Origin: an uncultured Verrucomicrobiae bacterium
Lineage (GTDB): Bacteria; Verrucomicrobiota; Verrucomicrobiia; Chthoniobacterales; Chthoniobacteraceae
DNA: 64,000 nucleotides
Assembly (NCBI GenBank): GCA_963828525.1
Contig: CAWHEP010000002.1
Location: forward strand, 64,001-128,000
Direction: 5' to 3'
This document shows, piece by piece, positions 18,313-31,871 of the stretch. How positions within the stretch are numbered: position 1 is the stretch's first letter; every line of letters starts with the position of its first letter. The translations under genes were made by a program, and so were the position numbers. The notes beneath the pieces were generated by a model that saw only the letters and a program-made list of their open reading frames with translations, had not been told where the DNA came from and did no database searches.

Positions 18313-19791
18313 TTAAACCCCGAGATGCCGGTCGTCCTTGACGCTCACATCCGCGGAGATGCTGAAACGGTCGAGGCGCTTGCGCAAAGTCGCGCGCGTC
18401 ACGCCCAACAGCTTCGCGGCTTTCACCTGATTTCCGCGGGTGGCTTTGATCGCGTGGACAGTAAATTCCCGTTCGAGCCAGGGAAGCAATTGAACATTGG
18501 GATCGGCTTGCGCGGCGCGCAGGAGAATTTCGATGGCTCCTTCTGTCGAAGGTGGTTCATTCGAGGCTACGCCCGTTCCCGATTTTGCCGCGAGGGGTTG
18601 CTCGATGTGGTCATTATAGGAAGCGCCCAGCGGGATGTCTTTTGGGAGGAGGAGGTCGGAGGTGGCCAGAACGCACGCGCGCTGCACGGTATTCTCCAGT
18701 TCGCGCACATTCCCCGGCCATGGATAGCCTTCGAGGGCGCGAACCGCTTCCTCGGACAGCTTCAGCTTTGGGAGATGCTTCTGCGAAGCGGCTTTTTGCA
18801 GGAAATACTCAGCCAGGAGACGGATGTCCTCCATGCGCTGCCGAAGGGGCGGCAGGACGATGCGAACCACATTGAGGCGGTAAAAAAGGTCTTCGCGGAA
18901 GGTCTTTTTGGTGACTTCCTGGTCGAGGTTTTTGTTTGTGGCGGCGATGATTCTCACGTTGGAATTCAGAGTCGCGTTAGCTCCGACGCGCGAGAACTCG
19001 CCATCCTGCAACACGCGGAGAATCTTCGCCTGCACGCCCATCGGCATGTCGCCGATCTCATCGAGGAAAAGGGTGCCTCCATCGCTTTGTTCAAACCGGC
19101 CAATTCTCTGCGCGATGGCTCCTGTGAAGGAACCTTTCTCATGGCCGAAAAGTTCGCTCTCAAGCAACTGCTCAGGCATGGCGGCGCAGTTGATCGCGAC
19201 AAAGTTCCGCGAACTGCGCTCGCTGTAGTGGTGGATGGCGCGCGCGACCAGTTCCTTGCCAGAACCGCTTTCGCCGGTAATCATGACAGGCGCGTCGCTT
19301 AGTGAGACACGGCCAATCATCTTAAAGACGCTCTGCATCGCCGCCGATTTCCCCACGATGCTATCCTGGTGCTCCTCGACGGTGAGTTGAGGCTTGAAGG
19401 TGGTAGCGGCCCGCATCTCCGACTGAGTCTTCAGAGCGACGTCCACGACGATCTTGAGATTGAAAGGAAGGGCTTCTTTCCGAAGGAAATCGAAAGCGCC
19501 CAGCTTCATCGACTCAATGACCGTCTGGGTGGTGCCGAAGGCGCTAATGAGAATGACCATCGCGTTCGGGTCGCGCTGTCTTGCTTTGACCAATAACTCC
19601 AGACCGCTGTAAGGGACGAGATGTGTCTCGGTGATAAGCAAGTCCGGTCCCTCCGCCGCAAAAATGCGCCACGCGTCGTCGGCGTTGGTGGCGGTGATGA
19701 CCTTGGTCGTAGGCGTCTCCAGTTGATGCTGCGCCCACTCCAGGAAGTCGGTCTCAGGGTCTACCAAAAGGACTGTCTGACTTCGTTGCAT
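18313..19791 (-). CDS. Sigma-54-dependent response regulator (NtrC/AtoC family)
   Basis: REC domain, GESGSGKE, ESELFGHEKGSFTGA, LFLDEIGD, WPGNVRELEN, Fis-type HTH. Confidence 0.95.
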   Translation of the reverse strand: MQRSQTVLLVDPETDFLEWAQHQLETPTTKVITATNADDAWRIFAAEGPDLLITETHLVPYSGLELLVKARQRDPNAMVILISAFGTTQTVIESMKLGAFDFLRKEALPFNLKIVVDVALKTQSEMRAATTFKPQLTVEEHQDSIVGKSAAMQSVFKMIGRVSLSDAPVMITGESGSGKELVARAIHHYSERSSRNFVAINCAAMPEQLLESELFGHEKGSFTGAIAQRIGRFEQSDGGTLFLDEIGDMPMGVQAKILRVLQDGEFSRVGANATLNSNVRIIAATNKNLDQEVTKKTFREDLFYRLNVVRIVLPPLRQRMEDIRLLAEYFLQKAASQKHLPKLKLSEEAVRALEGYPWPGNVRELENTVQRACVLATSDLLLPKDIPLGASYNDHIEQPLAAKSGTGVASNEPPSTEGAIEILLRAAQADPNVQLLPWLEREFTVHAIKATRGNQVKAAKLLGVTRATLRKRLDRFSISADVSVKDDRHLGV

Positions 19792-19800
19792 CTTCAAAAT

Positions 19801-20514
19801 TTAAACTCCGCCGTATCGGCGCGTCCGGCTACCGTACTCGCGAATCGCTCCAAGTAAATCTTCCTTCCGGAAGTCAGGCCAAAGCTTCGGAGTGACATAA
19901 ATCTCGGTGTAACTGAGCTGCCAGAGGAGGAAGTTGGAAAGGCGCATTTCGCCCGAGGTGCGTATGAGGAGGTCAGGATCAGGATAGTCGCGGGTATAGA
20001 GGTGTTTACTAAAGGCCTCCACATCGATCTTCGACCTGTCGACGAGGCCAAGGTCGATGTCTTTCAAAAGGCTCTGGATCGCGTCGATGACTTCGAGCCT
20101 GCCGCTGTAACTCAGGGCAAGGATCAAGGTAAGGGCGGTGTTGCCAGACGTTGTCTCTATCGCCTTGTGGAGAGCGCGCTGGCAAGCGGAGGGAAGATCC
20201 GTCAGCCGGCCAATCGCGCGCAGACGGACGTTTTTGTCCATCAGCTCGGGTGTCTTGTCCTTGATGAACTTCTCCAGCAACTTCATGAGCGCCATGACCT
20301 CTGCTCTCGGGCGGCTCCAGTTTTCCGCTGAGAAAGCGTAGAGGGTCAGAAATTCGACTCCAGAGTCCACGCATCCGGCAATGGCCTCCCGCACAGACTC
20401 CGCCCCTTCCTCATGTCCGCGGATGCGGGAAAGGCCTTTTTCACGCGCCCAGCGGCCATTGCCATCCATGATAACGGCAATGTGACGCGGGACAGATGTT
20501 GAAGGTTCTGCCAC
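19801..20514 (-). CDS. uppS: Undecaprenyl diphosphate synthase
   Basis: HIAVIMDGNGRWA, YAFSAENWSRP, LIRTSGEMRLSNFLLWQ. Confidence 0.97.
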   Translation of the reverse strand: MAEPSTSVPRHIAVIMDGNGRWAREKGLSRIRGHEEGAESVREAIAGCVDSGVEFLTLYAFSAENWSRPRAEVMALMKLLEKFIKDKTPELMDKNVRLRAIGRLTDLPSACQRALHKAIETTSGNTALTLILALSYSGRLEVIDAIQSLLKDIDLGLVDRSKIDVEAFSKHLYTRDYPDPDLLIRTSGEMRLSNFLLWQLSYTEIYVTPKLWPDFRKEDLLGAIREYGSRTRRYGGV

Positions 20515-20517
20515 TTC

Positions 20518-21786
20518 TCAGATCACGATCGTCTGATCGCGATTCGCGCCAACGCTGACGATCTTTAGAAGAGCCCCAGTGAGTTCGGCGATTTTGCTGA
20601 GATAGGCGCGGGCGTTGGCAGGCAGGTCGTCGAAACGCCGCGCGCGAGTTGTGTCACATTTCCATCCCGCCATTGTCATGTATTGGGGAACGCATCGCTC
20701 GAGGACGCCGACATCGGAAGGAGGAACCTGAAGGGTTACACCGTCCAGCTCGTACGAAGAGCAGATTTTGATGTGATCGAGTTCGTCCAATCCATCCAGG
20801 TTGGTTACGGCAAGCTCATCGATTCCGTTTAGCATCGTGGCGTACCGGGTAGCCACGCTATCGAACCACCCGCATCTGCGGGCGCGCCCGGTGGTGGCTC
20901 CGAATTCGCGGCCCATGTCGTGCAGCCGCTCGCCCAGCGCGGCGTCCTCTGTGAGGAACGGCCCCTCGCCGACACGCGTGGTGTAAGCTTTCATCACCCC
21001 TAGGACGCGATCCATCCTGTGTGGCGGCACACCCGAACCGGTGCATGCGCCTCCCGCAGTGGTGTTGGAGGACGTGACGTAAGGGTAAGTTCCGTGGTCC
21101 AAGTCCAGGAAGGTACCTTGCGCGCCTTCGAAAAGTATCTCGCGTCCCGCCTTCAAGGCCTCGTGCAAGAAGACGACCGTGTTTGTGACATGGGGGGCCA
21201 ATTTCGCGCCAGCGGCAAGGTAGGCTTCGTTCAGACCGTCGTAATCGATGGAAGGTTCGCCCAACGCGTTGAGGATGCTGTTGTTCTCCCGCACCCTGCC
21301 TTTGAGCTTCTGTGAAAAGATGGCGGGCTGGATGAGGTCACACATGCGCAGACCGGTTCTCGCCGCCTTGTCGCCGTACGCTGGGCCGATGCCGCGCTTC
21401 GTAGTCCCGATTTTTTCCTCGCCCCGGCGCAGATCGCGGTGCTCATCGAGCAAGCGATGGTAGGGAAATACCAGGTGCGCGCAATCGCTGATGAGGAGGT
21501 TTGTGGAAACATCGACACCGCGGGAGCGCAGGCCGTCTATTTCAGCCAGGAGAGCGACAGGATCGATTACCACGCCATTGCCAATGACACATGTCTTGCC
21601 CGCCCGAAGAATACCCGAGGGTATAAGGTGGAGGACATACTTCTCCGACTTATCGATGACAGTATGGCCCGCATTGTTGCCGCCCTGGCTGCGAACGACA
21701 ATGTCCGCAGTTTCGGTGAGGAAATCAATGATCTTCCCTTTGCCCTCGTCCCCCCATTGGGCTCCGACCAGAATGGTATTTGCCAT
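20518..21786 (-). CDS. purA: Adenylosuccinate synthetase
   Basis: GAQWGDEGKGK, QGGNNAGHT, GTTKRGIGPAY, EFGATTGRARRCGWFD. Confidence 0.98.
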   Translation of the reverse strand: MANTILVGAQWGDEGKGKIIDFLTETADIVVRSQGGNNAGHTVIDKSEKYVLHLIPSGILRAGKTCVIGNGVVIDPVALLAEIDGLRSRGVDVSTNLLISDCAHLVFPYHRLLDEHRDLRRGEEKIGTTKRGIGPAYGDKAARTGLRMCDLIQPAIFSQKLKGRVRENNSILNALGEPSIDYDGLNEAYLAAGAKLAPHVTNTVVFLHEALKAGREILFEGAQGTFLDLDHGTYPYVTSSNTTAGGACTGSGVPPHRMDRVLGVMKAYTTRVGEGPFLTEDAALGERLHDMGREFGATTGRARRCGWFDSVATRYATMLNGIDELAVTNLDGLDELDHIKICSSYELDGVTLQVPPSDVGVLERCVPQYMTMAGWKCDTTRARRFDDLPANARAYLSKIAELTGALLKIVSVGANRDQTIVI

Positions 21787-21968
21787 AGCGCCTTTTAAAA
21801 ACAAGAAAACGTCCGAGTGCGGCACGAGCAAAGTTTCCTACTCGCAACGCAAGGACGTTTTCCGACTCTAACCAGGGGGAATGGCAGCGCAAGGGAATTT
21901 GTGAGGCGATCAGAGAAAGGGAATTTGGAGATCGTGAAATTCGGCATGGAAGAAAAGGTGAAATATAT

Positions 21969-21997
21969 TTGACAGGCGGAAAGCAGGGTCCTACTTT
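21969..21997 (+). promoter_or_regulatory. Sigma70-type promoter of rplM-rpsI
   Basis: TTGACA-N17-TACTTT, ending 14 nt before the rplM ATG. Confidence 0.7.
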
Positions 21998-22011
21998 GCT
22001 CCCCTTTTCCG

Positions 22012-22446
22012 ATGAGGACATTTTCCGCTAAAGCAAACGAAGTCGAACGCAAATGGTGGCTGATCGACGCCAAAGACCAGGTGCTTGGTCGTGTCGCGGT
22101 GAGAGCCGCGAATATCATCCGAGGCAAGGAGAAGCCAATCTTCACACCTCACGTGGACACCGGTGACTTTGTTATCGTGATCAACGCCGACAAGGTGCGG
22201 GTGACTGGCAAGAAGGAACTTGCCAAAGTCTATACCAGTTTCTCCGGTTTTGTGGGCGGGCATAAGTCCGAGAACGTGAAGCAGCGCCGCGAAAGGCGCC
22301 CGGAATTATTGATCGAGCGCGCGGTGCGCGGGATGGTGCCGCATAACAGGCTTGGGCGCGCGGTTTACACGAAGCTGAAGGTCTATAAAGGGGACACCCA
22401 CCCGCACGCGAGCCAGAAGCCAATCACGGTCACTTCGATAGAATAA
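22012..22446 (+). CDS. rplM: 50S ribosomal protein L13
   Basis: WWLIDAKDQVLGRVA, FTPHVDTGDFVIVINA, AVRGMVP. Confidence 0.99.
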   Translation: MRTFSAKANEVERKWWLIDAKDQVLGRVAVRAANIIRGKEKPIFTPHVDTGDFVIVINADKVRVTGKKELAKVYTSFSGFVGGHKSENVKQRRERRPELLIERAVRGMVPHNRLGRAVYTKLKVYKGDTHPHASQKPITVTSIE

Positions 22447-22452
22447 ATTTTC

Positions 22453-22848
22453 ATGGCACAGACAGAGGAATTCATCGCAACCGGACGCCGGAAAACCGCA
22501 GTGGCTCGCATTCGCATGACGCGCGGCAGCGGGAAAATCGAGGTAAACGGAAAAACGTTTGAAGAGTATTTCCCAACGCCTTCTCTTCAAAACACGGTGC
22601 TGCAGCCGTTTGAAGTCGCCAAGACGACAGGGGCCTTTGATCTTCTGGTAAACGCGCGCGGCGGCGGCCCAACTGGCCAGGCAGGCGCGGTGCGCCTTGC
22701 GATTGCGCGGGCGCTTTTGCTTACGCAAGACGGATTGCGCGGGCCGTTGAAGGAACAGGGTCTGCTGACTCGTGATCCAAGGATGAAAGAGCGCAAAAAG
22801 TCCGGACAGCCCGGAGCCCGGAAGCGCTTCCAGTTCTCCAAGAGATAG
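22453..22848 (+). CDS. rpsI: 30S ribosomal protein S9
   Basis: TGRRKTAVAR, GGGPTGQAGAVR, ERKKSGQPGARKRFQFSKR. Confidence 0.99.
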   Translation: MAQTEEFIATGRRKTAVARIRMTRGSGKIEVNGKTFEEYFPTPSLQNTVLQPFEVAKTTGAFDLLVNARGGGPTGQAGAVRLAIARALLLTQDGLRGPLKEQGLLTRDPRMKERKKSGQPGARKRFQFSKR

Positions 22849-22913
22849 AGCAGCGCTGCGGTTGGGTATTCGGACCCGTATCGGGAGTCCTCCCAAACAC
22901 TTAGGGTAGCGGG

Positions 22914-23438
22914 CTACTTTGAAATTTCTCCGCCCGCGATTGGACCCGGCTCTTCCGATGTCCTGGAAGAAAACCACATCCGAACGTCAATAGGGACGAT
23001 ACCAAGAGACCTTTTCACGAAATTTTCGTCCCTTGCGTCTCCGACCCACACGTCAAATTCTGGGTAACCCTTTTTCCACAAGAAAGTATGACTCCCCAAA
23101 AGTGTTTGGAAGTGTCACTTTGAAGACACGGGCGTCACTTTCGCTCAAAAAAACCGCATGCTCTGATCCCTCCGCGATTTTCGGAAGTGAAAGCTCAACG
23201 TGCTGATTGTGGTCGCAGCGCGCCGCCCAATTTTTCAGGGAATCTACTTGGGTTGACGCGAGCTTTTCCGGCTCGTCTGCGCGAATAATTGAACTTGCTT
23301 CAGTGCTTCCGACAAGGAGACCGATTGGGGAGAGTCCTTCATTGCATTTAGGACACGGCCACGGGCGCCAGCGAAGTCTTTGACGACCTGTGGCGGAACG
23401 AAGCAGCGGACTGGGGTCGCTTTGGTCCACGGGTTCAT
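22914..23438 (-). pseudogene. Decayed gene resembling the N-lobe of polyvalent-protein-type Ser/Thr/Tyr kinases
   Basis: KIAEGSEHAVFL...RVFKVTLPNTFG. Split over frames, with stops. Confidence 0.45.
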
Positions 23439-23474
23439 AGCCAAACTATAGCAATCGTAATGCCCCGATCAAGC

Positions 23475-23835
23475 TAAATGGTGGATTTCGACGTTGAGCA
23501 ATCCGACCATTTCTTCAATAAACCAAACGCGCTGAGCAACATCGGCTTCCATTGCAGGCGTGACGCGCAGGGTTTTGTGAATATGGCAACGGAGTGAGGC
23601 GCGTAAAGCGGCGCATTTCCATTCTCATCAAAGATTCAGCCGCACGGCAAAATGGTTGTAGCTGAGACGGCCCGTGATAAACGTCTTGTCTGGGCCCATG
23701 CGCCGAGCGGGTGAATAGCGAACCTCACCGCTCTCTGGCGTGTGGCCGTAGATCTTTAGCAGCATGCCGCAGTCTACTTCGCAGCCGAAAGCGTCCTCCA
23801 CAGCCGACCTGTGGCCGTCTGTGGTCCAAGACAAA
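23475..23835 (-). pseudogene. IS1-family transposase remnant
   Basis: TTDGHR..VEDAFGCEVDCGMLLKIYG...RYSPA and HIHKTLRVTPAMEA..VWFIEEMVGLL. Internally deleted. Confidence 0.75.
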
Positions 23836-23839
23836 GATC

Positions 23840-25108
23840 TCACCTTGCGGCCTTGCCAGGGACGCCTGAACTTTGGCCCGGGGCCGCCGGTTTTTCGTAT
23901 GGCTTTATCTTAACCGAGAGGCCATCTACCAAATCGTCCGTGGGATTTACAACTACCTGGGCGTTCTCTTCCAGCCCCTCAAGGATCTCCATCTGAGTTC
24001 CGAAATCGCGTCCCACACGCACGTTCTTCCAATGAACTTTATTGTCACGGTCAATGATAGCGACGCGAGGACCAACGGCCTGAAAGAGCAGCGCGTCCGA
24101 AGGTATGATGATAGGAGACGAATCGTCTTTCAGCACGAACTTGACGCTGCCATACATGCCAGCGAAGAGCATGCCTTCCGGGTTCGGGATATCCACCTCT
24201 GTCAGCAAAGTGCGCGTGGTGGGATCGATCGCGCCTGAAAAGCGAGCCACCACGCCGGCGAAGTTGCGGCCGGGATATTCCGGCACCAGCAAATTGGCGG
24301 GGAGGTCCGCGCGAATGGAAGGCACGTTCGTCTGGGGGACGCTGACGTAAACGCGGAGCGGATCAGTCTGGGCCATGCCGAACAGAGCCGTGCCGGCGCT
24401 CCCGCTGCCCGCCGCGACCAGAGCGCCCACGTCCACCATGCGACTAGTGATCTCTCCAGAAAACGGAGCGACGATCTTCTGAAAGCCCTGTTGGACACGA
24501 AGATTCTGCAAGTTGGCGTCACTCGCCTGGACAGAAGCGCGGGCCGCGTCGAAAGCGGTGCGATTTTGATCGAACTCCTGCTGGCTAACGACCTTCTTCG
24601 CGATGAGGTTCTGGGCGCGCTCGAAGTTGAGGCGGGCATTATCCAGATTGGCGCGGGATTGAGCGACGGTTGCCAGGGCTTGCCGCATCTGCGCATCCAC
24701 ATCCGGCGCCTCGATCTCGGCAAGCAACTGCCCTTCGCGGACTTTGTCGCCAATGTCTACATAGCGCCTTGCCAAATAGCCGTTTGCCCGGGCGTAGAGG
24801 GTTGTCTGGATGAACGCGTTGACGGCTCCAGGCAGCACGAGTTCATGAGGGCGGCTGTCGCGCCGGACGGTGGTGGAACTTACCGTGATAACCGAAGTGT
24901 TCTCGGCAAAGGCCTCCTGCTCCCGTTTTTGCTGAACATGATGCCATGCGCCCAGGATGAGAAGAAGCGCCAGGGCGCAAACGGCGAGAAGAGGTCCCCA
25001 GATCGCGCCTGGTCTCTCCGGCGCGTGGAGAAGCGGGCGGTCCGAGCGAAGAGGCTCCAGCGTTTTCCGCGCCGGTTGATCGTTCCTGTCTTCGAGTTCG
25101 GGTGCCAT
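23840..25108 (-). CDS. RND efflux periplasmic adaptor (MFP)
   Basis: TM segment, LYARANGYL..VDIGDKVREGQLLAEI, IVAPFSGEI, IDPTTRTLL. Confidence 0.93.
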   Translation of the reverse strand: MAPELEDRNDQPARKTLEPLRSDRPLLHAPERPGAIWGPLLAVCALALLLILGAWHHVQQKREQEAFAENTSVITVSSTTVRRDSRPHELVLPGAVNAFIQTTLYARANGYLARRYVDIGDKVREGQLLAEIEAPDVDAQMRQALATVAQSRANLDNARLNFERAQNLIAKKVVSQQEFDQNRTAFDAARASVQASDANLQNLRVQQGFQKIVAPFSGEITSRMVDVGALVAAGSGSAGTALFGMAQTDPLRVYVSVPQTNVPSIRADLPANLLVPEYPGRNFAGVVARFSGAIDPTTRTLLTEVDIPNPEGMLFAGMYGSVKFVLKDDSSPIIIPSDALLFQAVGPRVAIIDRDNKVHWKNVRVGRDFGTQMEILEGLEENAQVVVNPTDDLVDGLSVKIKPYEKPAAPGQSSGVPGKAAR

Positions 25109-25112
25109 TCGA

Positions 25113-28100
25113 TTATGCCGCGGGGGCGTCTCCGGTTGCCTCGCGCTCAAACTCTTCGTCTGAATCGCTAGAGAAATCCTTCTTCCGAAGGATACTATAA
25201 ACCACAGGTACAAAGAACAGCGTGGCGAAGGTCGCGACAAGCAAACCCCCGATGACGGCGCGGCCGAGGGGAGCATTTTGTTCGCCTCCTTCTCCCAGCC
25301 CGAGGGACATCGGCAGCATGCCGATGATCATCGCGAGGGCAGTCATCACGACAGGCCTCAGGCGAGTATGACCCGCTGAGAGAGCGGCATCGAACGCGCT
25401 TTTGCCCTCCTTCCGCTCATCGTTCGCAAAGGTCACAAGGAGGATGCTGTTCGAGGTCGCGACGCCGATAGACATGATCGCGCCCATGAGGGAAGGAACA
25501 TTAAGCGATGTGCCTGAAATGAAGAGTATCCAGATGATGCCGCAGATCGCGCCCGGCAGAGCGGTGATGATAATGAAAGGATCGGTCCATGACTGGAAAT
25601 TCACGACCATAAGGAAATAGACAAGGACGATGGCGAAGAGAATGCCGCCACCGAGACCAAGGAACGCACTATTCATGCTCTCGACCTGGCCACGCACGGA
25701 GATCGTCGTTCCGCGGGGCAGCTTTGATTTGGGAATTCGAAGAGATGGTGCGAATCCAGCAACCCGTCCAGATGGAGAAAGGCGGCGATTTGTCGAACCA
25801 ACCCGGCTTGGGATCAAAATGGTTCGAAATCGCGTTAATATCTCCCACGATGCCGCCGAGATCCCGTCCTGCGGTGACGCGAGAATATCGAATACTGGCT
25901 GCACATTGTAGTGGTTCACGATCACGGGTGATTCACGACGCTCGATCTGGGCAAGATTACCGAGCAATTGCGGCTGCGCGAGGCCTGGGGCAGCGACAGG
26001 CGTATTCTTTAGATCCTGGAGAGTGTCCATGTTGTATTGCGGGGTTTGGACGGCGACAGGGTAGTTGACGCCATTCTGGAAGTTCAGCCAGTAGTTCGGG
26101 CGAAGTCTGGCCGCTGGAGCTGAGCGAGACGAGCATGGTGCTGGCAACCTGCTGCTGCGTGAGGCCAAGCTGCTGCGCCCGTGTCCTGTCCACATTTACC
26201 CACAGATCCGGGCCGTGCACGCGCTGGTGCACATGCACATCCACCGCGCCGCGAACCTTCACACCCGCTCCTGTATTTGCGTCGCCACGTCGAAGTTGGC
26301 CAGGGTCGCGACCCGTGACCTGGATATCGATGGGGGCCGGCAGACCGAAATTGAGAATCTGGCTCACGATATCCGGGGAGGCGAAATAGAAGCTCATGTC
26401 CGGGAACTGCTTTGGCAGCGACTGGCGGAGTGACCGGACGTAACCAGCCGTGGAGCCGTGGTTTTCGGGATTGAGCGCGACCAGTATCTCGCCATCCGCG
26501 GCGCTGGATGTCGCGTTATCACTGAAGGCGAGATTTATGCCACTGTTGGGCAGGCCGATATTGTCCAGTACGGTGTCGACCTCCCGGTTTGGAATGGTTT
26601 TGCGGATGGCGCGGCCCACTTCATAAAAGCGCTGTTCGGTCGATTCGATACGCGTGCCTTGCGGCGCGCGAACGTGAAGCCGAATCTGTCCCGCATCGAC
26701 CGCCGGGAAGAAATCGCGTCCGAGGAACGGGAGAAGGCAAAGCGAGAGGAGCAAGCAAAATCCCCATGCCAATGAAGGCGACAGAACGATGATGCAGCAG
26801 ATGACGGAGCGCGCCTGTGTAACGCTCTCGCAGCTTCTCAAAACCATCGTTAAAGCGATCGTGGACGCGGCCGAAAAAGGAATTATGCCTCCCCTCCCCT
26901 TCATGCTCGTGCTCCTTGAGGAGGAATTTCACCATGGTCGGCACGACGGTCCTCGAAAGGAAATAGGAGGCGAGCATGGCAAAAATAACCGCCATGGCCA
27001 GCGGCTGGAAAAGGAATTTGGCTGTGCCGCTCAGGAAGAAAATCGGGACAAACACAATGCAGATGCAGAGCGTGGAAACGAACGCGGGAACGGCAATCTG
27101 GGAAGCACCGTCGAGAATGGCGGGCACCATTCGCTTATTCATCGCAAGGTTACGATGGATGTTCTCGATTTCGACCGTGGCGTCATCCACGAGTATTCCG
27201 ACAGCCAGCGCGAGGCCACCGAGGGTCATGATATTCAACGTCTGACCGAGAGCGCCCATGATAATGATCGAGCACATGATGGAGAGCGGGATGGACGTCG
27301 CAACGACGACGTGCTGCGCCAACTTCCGAGGAAGAGCAAGATCATCAGCGCGGTAAGGGTAGCAGCGATGACGCCTTCCCGAAGAACGCCATTGATCGCG
27401 GCGCGGACAAAGATGGATTGATCAAAAAGCTGCGTGATATCAAGCGCTGGAGGAAGGTGGCTTTGATGCGAGGGAGGGCATCTTTCACACGTTTAATGAT
27501 GTCGATGGTCGACGCGTTGGCCGACTTCAGAATCGTCAGCAGCGCCGAGCGGATCGCGATTTTGCGAGACGATGTTCTGCTGGACCTGGTAGCCGTCCCG
27601 CACCTGGGCGACATCCCTTATATAGATCATGGTGCCGTTTACCTGGCGGATTGGGAGATTATTCAATTCCTCCAGCATAAGGGGCTGCTGTTCAGGCGCA
27701 CGCTATATTCGCGCTCGCCGATCTTTTCCGTGCCTCCCGGCAGGATGACATTCTGCGCGCTGAGGGCCGTGCTGACGTCGGCGGGAGAAAGGCCCTTTGC
27801 GAAAAGCTTTCTCGGATCAATATCCACCATGATCTGGCGCGCCTTGCCGCCGTAAGGCAGCGGGATCTGGGCTCCCTGGACGGTGGCGAGCTGGGTGCGG
27901 ATGAAGTTGAGGCCGAGGTCGTAGAGTTGCTGCTCGGAAAGGCTCTTGCTGCTGATCCCAACTGAAGGATCGGCACATTGGACGCGCTGTATTGGATAAT
28001 GAGGGGCGGGGTCGTGCCCGGAGGCATGATGCGGAACAGCGTCTGACAAATGGATGTGACCTGGGCAACACCGGCCTCCACCTTGGCGCCTTCGTGGAAG

Positions 28101-28384
28101 AAGACCTTGATTACAGCGACGCCGTTATAGGATTGAGACTCGATGTGCTGGATGTCGTTGACGGTGGTCGTCATCGCGCGCTCGCACACGGTTACAAACC
28201 GCTTCTCCATTTCCTCGGGAGCAACGCCTGAGTAGCTCCAGATGACGCTCACCACCGGAATATTGATTGAGGGGAAAATGTCAGTCGCCATCCTGAAGAT
28301 GGTGACGATGCCCATCAGTACGATCAGGATCGCCATCACCGTAAAGGTGTATGGGCGTCGCAGCGCAAGACGTACAATCCACAT
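25113..28384 (-). CDS. RND efflux permease (AcrB family), broken by several frameshifts, possibly sequencing errors
   Basis: [48 protein letters not shown], spread over about 7 overlapping ORF pieces. Confidence 0.88.
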
Positions 28385-28510
28385 GGCGGGTCAGAATCGA
28401 ATCTGGTTCGAACAGCGGTTCCTATCAGACCTGCCCGAAGAGCAATCCGCGAATCGGAGGTTGGAAAAGAGTGTGCCTGGTGTTGCGCCCGACTGCTATC
28501 ATCTAAACGC

Positions 28511-29500
<990 letters not shown>

Positions 29501-29566
29501 GACGCCGTGGGTTCCAACGGGATTACCCGTTGAAATCCGCGGCAACGTTCCGCCTCATCTCGTCCG

Positions 29567-30982
<1,416 letters not shown>

Positions 30983-31146
30983 ATATGATTTTCCAGAGGT
31001 TGATTTTCGATTGAGTCCGGGAGGTTTGAGAGTATCTATCAACGCCGCGCAATGCCAATGGAGTTTTCCAAAAAGTTCAGCTTATCGAAGACGCCATCCG
31101 AAGCCGGGCCGGCAGGGGCATGGGGAGAGTCAAAGGGCGGCGGCTG

Positions 31147-31725
31147 ATGAACCTCGCGAATCGCCTCACTGTCGGACGGTTTTTCCTGACGGTCCTTTTC
31201 GTGGTTTGCCTAAGCACGACCTTCCCGTTCAGCCGAACCGCGGCTCTCGTGCTGTTTACCGCGGCCGGCCTGACGGATTATATGGACGGGGAGATTGCCC
31301 GCCGTTGCATGATGGTGACGGATTTTGGAAAACTGATGGATCCGCTGGTGGACAAGATCATGATGGCGGCCGCGTTTATCTGCCTGGTCGAGAGGCAAGC
31401 CGTTCCAGCATGGGCTGCGATCGCGATCATCAGCCGGGATTTCCTCATCACGGGATTGCGTTTGCTGGCGCTTTCCAAAGGCAAACTTCTGCCTGCTGAC
31501 CGGATGGGGAAACACAAGACGGTATGGCAGATCGTGACGGTTTCCTTTTTCCTCTGCATGATGGCGCTGGGCGAGGCGTTCCAGCGCGTGGAGACAGCGC
31601 GGTGGTGGGCGCTGATGTGGCGCTACGGCGGAATGACCCTGATCGCCTGCGCGCTCGGGTTCACCCTCTACTCCGGGTTTGGGTACCTGTGGAAGAATCG
31701 CGGGTTGATCAGCGACGGTCTATAG
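31147..31725 (+). CDS. pgsA: CDP-diacylglycerol--glycerol-3-phosphate phosphatidyltransferase
   Basis: MNLANRLT, TDYMDGEIARR...FGKLMDPLVDK, GKHKTVWQ. Confidence 0.9.
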   Translation: MNLANRLTVGRFFLTVLFVVCLSTTFPFSRTAALVLFTAAGLTDYMDGEIARRCMMVTDFGKLMDPLVDKIMMAAAFICLVERQAVPAWAAIAIISRDFLITGLRLLALSKGKLLPADRMGKHKTVWQIVTVSFFLCMMALGEAFQRVETARWWALMWRYGGMTLIACALGFTLYSGFGYLWKNRGLISDGL

Positions 31726-31871
31726 GAGAGCGGTTCCTGGGCTGCGGAAACTCGGATCACGATCAGTAACAGGGCCTGACCTGAGCGGTGGCCGAGGCGC
31801 CGGGCGAAGCGCGGTCGAACAAGAATTGCGCCCGCGCACTGGCGCGTTTTGTGCTGCGTTTTATGGTAACT

